IMG/VR virus record: IMGVR_UViG_3300010218_000011
DNA length: 64,000 nucleotides
From: a virus
Reading direction: 5' to 3' (one strand)
A program made the position numbers and the translations under genes. Of the stretch, positions 60,238 through 64,000 are shown in pieces. Positions within the stretch are counted from its first letter, which is position 1, and every line of letters begins with the position of its first letter. The notes beneath the pieces were generated by a model that was given only the letters and a program-made list of their open reading frames with translations, was not told the DNA's origin and did not search any database.

Positions 60238-60789
60238 TCAGTCGATGCCGAGAGCCTTCTTCGCCGCGGCGTACAACATCTGCCGATCGGCGAGTCCATT
60301 CGTTCCGCCGTTGATGCGACGCGTGAGCGTGACGAAGTCGCCGGCCAGTGCGAGCGGCGTGAGCTTCTTGTTCCACCAGAACCAGGCGGCTGACATCGCG
60401 GCGTGCTCGGGCTGCTCGAGCAGTTCGGGATGGTTCAGTAGGTCGAGGTCCAGCGCGACGGTCGCAAGCGCATAGTTCGCGCGCCCGGTGATTTGGATCA
60501 GGCCTCGGCCGCAGAAGCGCTGCCCGTCGCCGACTTCCGTATTACCGAGCTCGACCGCTTTCGGCGATGGCGGCTCATACGCGCGCTGCGCGACCGTCGG
60601 CCCCCATATCTCGCGCGTCCACTGCAAGCCGCCGGACTCGTGCCCGATCTGCGCCAGGAACGCGGCGACGTCGAGCGGCTCGGCAATGCCGTAGTGATCA
60701 CACGCGGCCTGAATGAATGGCGTGAAGAGCGCTGCGCGCGACGGCGCTGCTCCAGTGCCGGCCGCGACGATTTGAGGCGTGAGGTTCAT
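60238..60789 (-). CDS. Endolysin, glycoside hydrolase family 19 (chitinase-like)
   Basis: ..AAFLAQIGHESGG..., ..FCGRGLIQITGRANY.., ..AAWFWW.. signature of GH19 phage lysins. Confidence 0.85.
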   Translation of the reverse strand: MNLTPQIVAAGTGAAPSRAALFTPFIQAACDHYGIAEPLDVAAFLAQIGHESGGLQWTREIWGPTVAQRAYEPPSPKAVELGNTEVGDGQRFCGRGLIQITGRANYALATVALDLDLLNHPELLEQPEHAAMSAAWFWWNKKLTPLALAGDFVTLTRRINGGTNGLADRQMLYAAAKKALGID

Positions 60790-61079
60790 TTATCGGCCTT
60801 CGTATCGATGCGCCGATGGATCTCAGCGAATCCTTCGCGCGTTTCTTTCGAGTTCTGGTTGACGGCCTCGATCAGCCGCTCGATGGAGCGCTCGAGGCTA
60901 CCAACGGCCTTCGTCAATTCGGTCTGCGTGACGTAGTGCTCGGCGACATAAAGCTTGTGCGCCGCCAACTCTTTCTCTCCGGAATCCACACGCGCCACGA
61001 GACTTCGGAACATCCAAAACGCGACAGCGCCCACACCCGACGCGATCGCGCCGCCCACGTAAAGGACCGTGTTGTCCAT
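60786..61079 (-). CDS. N-terminal TM plus coiled-coil protein (holin or spanin-like lysis accessory)
   Basis: 97 aa from MDNTVLYVGGAIASGVGAVAFWMF; ATGA overlap with the endolysin. Confidence 0.5.
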   Translation of the reverse strand: MDNTVLYVGGAIASGVGAVAFWMFRSLVARVDSGEKELAAHKLYVAEHYVTQTELTKAVGSLERSIERLIEAVNQNSKETREGFAEIHRRIDTKADK

Positions 61080-61090
61080 TCGTACCCCGG

Positions 61091-61117
61091 AAAAAGAAAA
61101 AGCCGCGCGAGGCGGCC
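61091..61117 (-). terminator. Hairpin plus U-run immediately upstream of the lysis genes
   Basis: Minus strand GCCGC-CTCGC-GCGGC then TTTTTCTTTTT, ending 12 nt before the ATG at 61079. Confidence 0.5.
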
Positions 61118-61134
61118 GATTGCGTTTTTGATGC

Positions 61135-61163
61135 TTGACTTTTGTTCCCTTTGGGAACATATT
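61135..61163 (+). promoter_or_regulatory. Promoter with embedded palindromic operator
   Basis: TTGACT - 17 nt - CATATT; the spacer holds the perfect palindrome GTTCCC-TTT-GGGAAC (61144..61158). Confidence 0.5.
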
Positions 61164-61261
61164 GGAGTCGTTGGGCACGCGCTCCGCGACTGCCCGCTAC
61201 TCCGAAAGGATGATGACCATGAAGACCTTCTTTCGCGCCCGCGTTCGGCGCCTACTCGCCC

Positions 61262-61555
61262 ATGCCAATTCGATACGAGCCACCTTCGCCGCGAGATCTC
61301 CGCGCGCTCAAGGAGCGGCTCAAATACTCCGGTTCCCAGATGGCGGACTTGTTCGGGCTCGCGAGCGCGCAGCAATGGCGCAAGTATTCCGGGGACGGCG
61401 CCCCACGGCCGATGAGCCTACCAATGCTGTTCCTTGCGGGAGCGCTACTCAATCGCACCGCGACCGTCGAACAGGTCTTCGATTGGTGCAGGGAGATTGG
61501 CGCATCGATAGAGATCGAGCCGCTAGCGGTGCCCGATGGAGAACCGCGGCCGTAG
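61262..61555 (+). CDS. HTH (XRE-like) regulator
   Basis: 97 aa; ..YSGSQMADLFGLASAQQWRKYSG.. Confidence 0.55.
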   Translation: MPIRYEPPSPRDLRALKERLKYSGSQMADLFGLASAQQWRKYSGDGAPRPMSLPMLFLAGALLNRTATVEQVFDWCREIGASIEIEPLAVPDGEPRP

Positions 61556-61557
61556 CG

Positions 61558-62223
61558 ATGACCCTCGGCTGTGCTGCAGCCACTCAGGCGCGCGCCGAAT
61601 CGTTCTTTCAGATCGAGGCCGGCATCGGCGGTACAGCCTACGAAAAAGGCGGTGACGGCCTGTGGTATCAGGACGCCTTCGAACACAAGCTCGAGCTGAC
61701 TGCACCGGCCGTCAAATTCGGCTTGACCGGCGATCTGCTCACGCGGTCTCGTTGGGGCGTTGCCTGGCACGCCGATTACGTGTGGCTTGGCACCGTGCAT
61801 ACGCAGGCTATGGCGACGCCGAGCGATGCCAATTACAACCTCAAAACAAAGTCATGCAACGGCAAATGTTGGCCGCTCGCGAACTACCTCGGTAGCGGGC
61901 ACGATGCGGGTTTCACGCTTACCGTCGAGCCCTACTACGATATCGGACCATGGCGTCTCGGCGTCGAGGTCGGCCCTTACATCCATCGCTATTCGTGGTC
62001 GATGGATGTGACGGGATGGCGCCCTGCGCTCGATGCTGCGCCGAGCAATATCCACGTCGAGAACGCCCGCCGATGGGTGCTGGGCGCCACTGCGGGGCTC
62101 TCGGCGAGCTACAAGAATTTCTCCATCGAGTACCAGTACTTCTACAACCCTGCGCCCCGTGGCGAGAATGTTCCGCCGATCTGGCATGGGGCGCATGTGC
62201 TGATGGCGAAGTATCGATTTTGA
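61558..62223 (+). CDS. Outer-membrane beta-barrel protein (Ail/Lom/OmpX- or PagL-like)
   Basis: Alternating amphipathic strands, aromatic-rich, C-terminal ..AKYRF. Only a 13-aa leader (MTLGCAAATQARA) before ESFFQIEAG. Confidence 0.55.
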   Translation: MTLGCAAATQARAESFFQIEAGIGGTAYEKGGDGLWYQDAFEHKLELTAPAVKFGLTGDLLTRSRWGVAWHADYVWLGTVHTQAMATPSDANYNLKTKSCNGKCWPLANYLGSGHDAGFTLTVEPYYDIGPWRLGVEVGPYIHRYSWSMDVTGWRPALDAAPSNIHVENARRWVLGATAGLSASYKNFSIEYQYFYNPAPRGENVPPIWHGAHVLMAKYRF

Positions 62224-62300
62224 CCGGGATGGGAGCGCGATCGCTTGCCGGCGCGCTATCCCATTCTGATACACTCGCCGCCGAAGAATGGTGACGACAT

Positions 62301-63707
62301 ATGAAAATCTTTAGACTACAAAGAGCAATCAGAAGACATGCCTCGATCATCGCCCCCGGGGTTGCCTTCTTCGCTGTATTTCTGGGCTATATGCACAGAG
62401 CGCACCCGAATTCTATATTCATGGATTCCCTTCGGTTCTTAACATACGTTGGAGAATCTTTCGACGGGAGCCAATCTCTCTGGCACACCTGGAATCAAGG
62501 TGACCATCACGGAATGTCCCCGCAGTTCGTCATATATCTGAATGCGAGATTTTTCGGGCTGAACGTCTTCGGCGCGACAATCCTAGGAGGTGTCATCGCT
62601 GCAATTTCAGCCTTCACGCTTTCAACGCGTGCTGCACTGTCATTCGAAAACGAAATACCGAACTATTGGAAGCCCCTTCCGCTGATGATGAGCACCCTAA
62701 TCTTTGCCGCCATGCTGAGCGCCGCGAATTGGGAGCTCTACACCATCGATCTCTCGCCTTCTTTGTTCGGCAAGAACCTTATATTGATCGTGTACTGGAT
62801 TACGCTCGATAAATATATCGCTTCCGATTACAAAAACGGCGCACTCCGACTCGCGTGTTGCATTTCCGTCCCAGTTATCGTTCTTCTTTTCTCTCTGGGC
62901 TGGTCATTCCCCTTTGCCGCGGTGTCAATTATCTGTCTGTTTTGGTCGGATAGACGTATCACACGACATAAGGCGGAAATCGTCGCGGCCTTCCTTGCAT
63001 CCCTTTCCGCATACATAATCATCGGGCTTTTCCTCCCAAAACCAGAGCTCTTATTGCCCGCACCACCTGCACTCGCGCAACAATTTTTGAACGCCGCCCA
63101 AGGATTTTTTATGGGGCTCGCCACTTCTCTATTTGGCGAAGAAACGATGTTGTCCCTGCATTGCACGTCCGCCGTCGAAACCATCCTGGGCGTCCTCGTT
63201 TTCTCGCTTGCAGCGTGCTGCCTGAGGCTGAATTTCACGCTCCGGCGTGCGGGATCGTTGGTTCCCACCGCATTGCTTCTGTATGTGATGCTTGATTCCG
63301 CTGCTATCGCATGTGGCCGCGCGCGGTGGAATCCTTGGAATGCTACAGCAGCACGGTATTACCAAGATTTCTCCCTGGTTTTGATCGGCTCTGCGTGGTC
63401 CTCGATCCTGCTTTGGCGGCGCCTCCGAAGCGACGAGCATGCTGCAAAACGGATTATGCTCGCCGGACTTCTAACCATGACGCTGTCGGTCTTCGCGATC
63501 GGCTATGTCGTCACAAACTTTCAAGAATGGGAAAAAGCGCCATACCGCCATCAAGCCTTTGAACGGATGCGAGAGATTGTCACGTCGCAGACCAGGGTGA
63601 GTGACGCAGACGCGCGATATCTGCAGCAAATACCCAAGTACACCGACTCAGCAATCGATGTCATGAAGAAGTACCAATTGGGGCCATTCTCGAAGCATGG
63701 CCGCTAG
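62301..63707 (+). CDS. Polytopic inner-membrane protein, possible surface-polysaccharide-modifying conversion factor
   Basis: 468 aa with about 10 or more hydrophobic helices; visibly more AT-rich than the rest of the window. Confidence 0.5.
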   Translation: MKIFRLQRAIRRHASIIAPGVAFFAVFLGYMHRAHPNSIFMDSLRFLTYVGESFDGSQSLWHTWNQGDHHGMSPQFVIYLNARFFGLNVFGATILGGVIAAISAFTLSTRAALSFENEIPNYWKPLPLMMSTLIFAAMLSAANWELYTIDLSPSLFGKNLILIVYWITLDKYIASDYKNGALRLACCISVPVIVLLFSLGWSFPFAAVSIICLFWSDRRITRHKAEIVAAFLASLSAYIIIGLFLPKPELLLPAPPALAQQFLNAAQGFFMGLATSLFGEETMLSLHCTSAVETILGVLVFSLAACCLRLNFTLRRAGSLVPTALLLYVMLDSAAIACGRARWNPWNATAARYYQDFSLVLIGSAWSSILLWRRLRSDEHAAKRIMLAGLLTMTLSVFAIGYVVTNFQEWEKAPYRHQAFERMREIVTSQTRVSDADARYLQQIPKYTDSAIDVMKKYQLGPFSKHGR

Positions 63708-64000
63708 GAGATCGCTACCGACGAAGCCGGAAGTGTCGTTGCGGCGCCTGATATGACAGCCCTGATCCCATAAACATAGTCGCGGACAGCGGCAGCAAAG
63801 TCGGTGAATGCGCTCTCCGTGAATGCATGCTGCACCCCTGCACAGTCAGGATACCCGAAGGTGGTCGAGCCTCCCGGAAACCCCTTCCCGGCATTCAGGC
63901 TAGTCTCGATCGCGATGATGTCCATCTGGCTCAATGCGTCCACCGCATACGTCCCGTTGAGTGCGGGCGTCGATGTGCTGCTGACTTTCAAGCCGGCAGC
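63704..64000 (-). CDS. C-terminal end of a tail-fibre-like protein (5' part beyond the window)
   Basis: Frame open to the right edge; ..TYAVDALSQMDIIAIETSL...DCAGVQHAFTESAFTDFAAAVRDYVYG.. resembles DUF4376-type fibre C-termini (recalled). Confidence 0.5.
   Translation of the reverse strand, partial: AAGLKVSSTSTPALNGTYAVDALSQMDIIAIETSLNAGKGFPGGSTTFGYPDCAGVQHAFTESAFTDFAAAVRDYVYGIRAVISGAATTLPASSVAIS

Larger units (their letters stand above)
1..64000. mobile_element. Temperate tailed-phage genome (prophage or vegetative/circular permutation) filling the whole window
   Basis: Uninterrupted phage modules: contractile tail, head, terminase, Q-like regulator, replication, cI/cro switch, RecT/exonuclease, xis-int-att, lysis genes. 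Confidence 0.9.

Noticed and set aside
61135-62223. 362-aa ORF from the track, spanning the HTH gene region and the beta-barrel gene.
   Set aside because: Its N-terminal 140 aa are Arg-rich and overlap, out of frame, the protein-like HTH ORF (61262..61555). Only the part from 61558 looks like a real outer-membrane protein.
1-64000. CRISPR arrays, IS elements or transposases, rRNA genes, retron or reverse-transcriptase genes.
   Set aside because: I saw no regularly spaced direct repeats, no transposase-like or RT-like ORFs with inverted-repeat boundaries, and no rRNA-like sequence while reading either strand.

Overview
The whole window is a GC-rich temperate tailed phage. A Burkholderia-like beta-proteobacterial origin is my inference from gene content; nothing was searched.

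Layout:
- 1-21.6 kb (minus strand): late genes. A tail fibre runs off the left edge. Then come a Mu-type baseplate, tape measure, a tail chaperone with a -1 frameshift, tube and sheath, neck genes, a P22-type coat with scaffold and portal, and terminase.
- 21.7-24.5 kb: a reverse-oriented 3-gene moron, a phage tRNA-Asn, an HNH-AP2 nuclease and a long non-coding late leader.
- 24.5-38.1 kb (minus strand): the PR-like early operon. It holds a Q82-type antiterminator, a nin-like region (HNH, C5-MTase, NinG, NinB), nucleotide-metabolism genes, an N6/N4 MTase, an SNF2 helicase, DnaB, a replication initiator, an antirepressor and a cro-like gene.
- 38.1-56.5 kb (plus strand): a cI-like repressor and a PL-like operon. 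This contains micro-ORFs, a ~0.8 kb untranslated segment with an rrn-type boxA, an orphan acyl carrier protein, RecT and a YqaJ exonuclease, many hypothetical genes, xis and int.
- 56.46-56.70 kb: an attP-like site, a tRNA-Ser 3' fragment flanked by three 10-bp repeats.
- 56.7-64 kb: a lipase/lipoprotein moron, Rha, a GH19 endolysin, a lysogenic-conversion-like cassette and the 3' end of another fibre-like gene.

No rRNA, CRISPR array or transposase was seen.

Most unusual observations:
- a C5-methyltransferase locus open in two overlapping frames, each with its own family-like motifs;
- boxA-bearing structured non-coding segments flanking the orphan ACP;
- an HslV-like Thr-protease in the head-tail module;
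- the lipase/lipoprotein operon next to att;
- a late operon with at least nine intrinsic terminators.

All calls come from reading the sequence and from recalled motifs. No database search was run.
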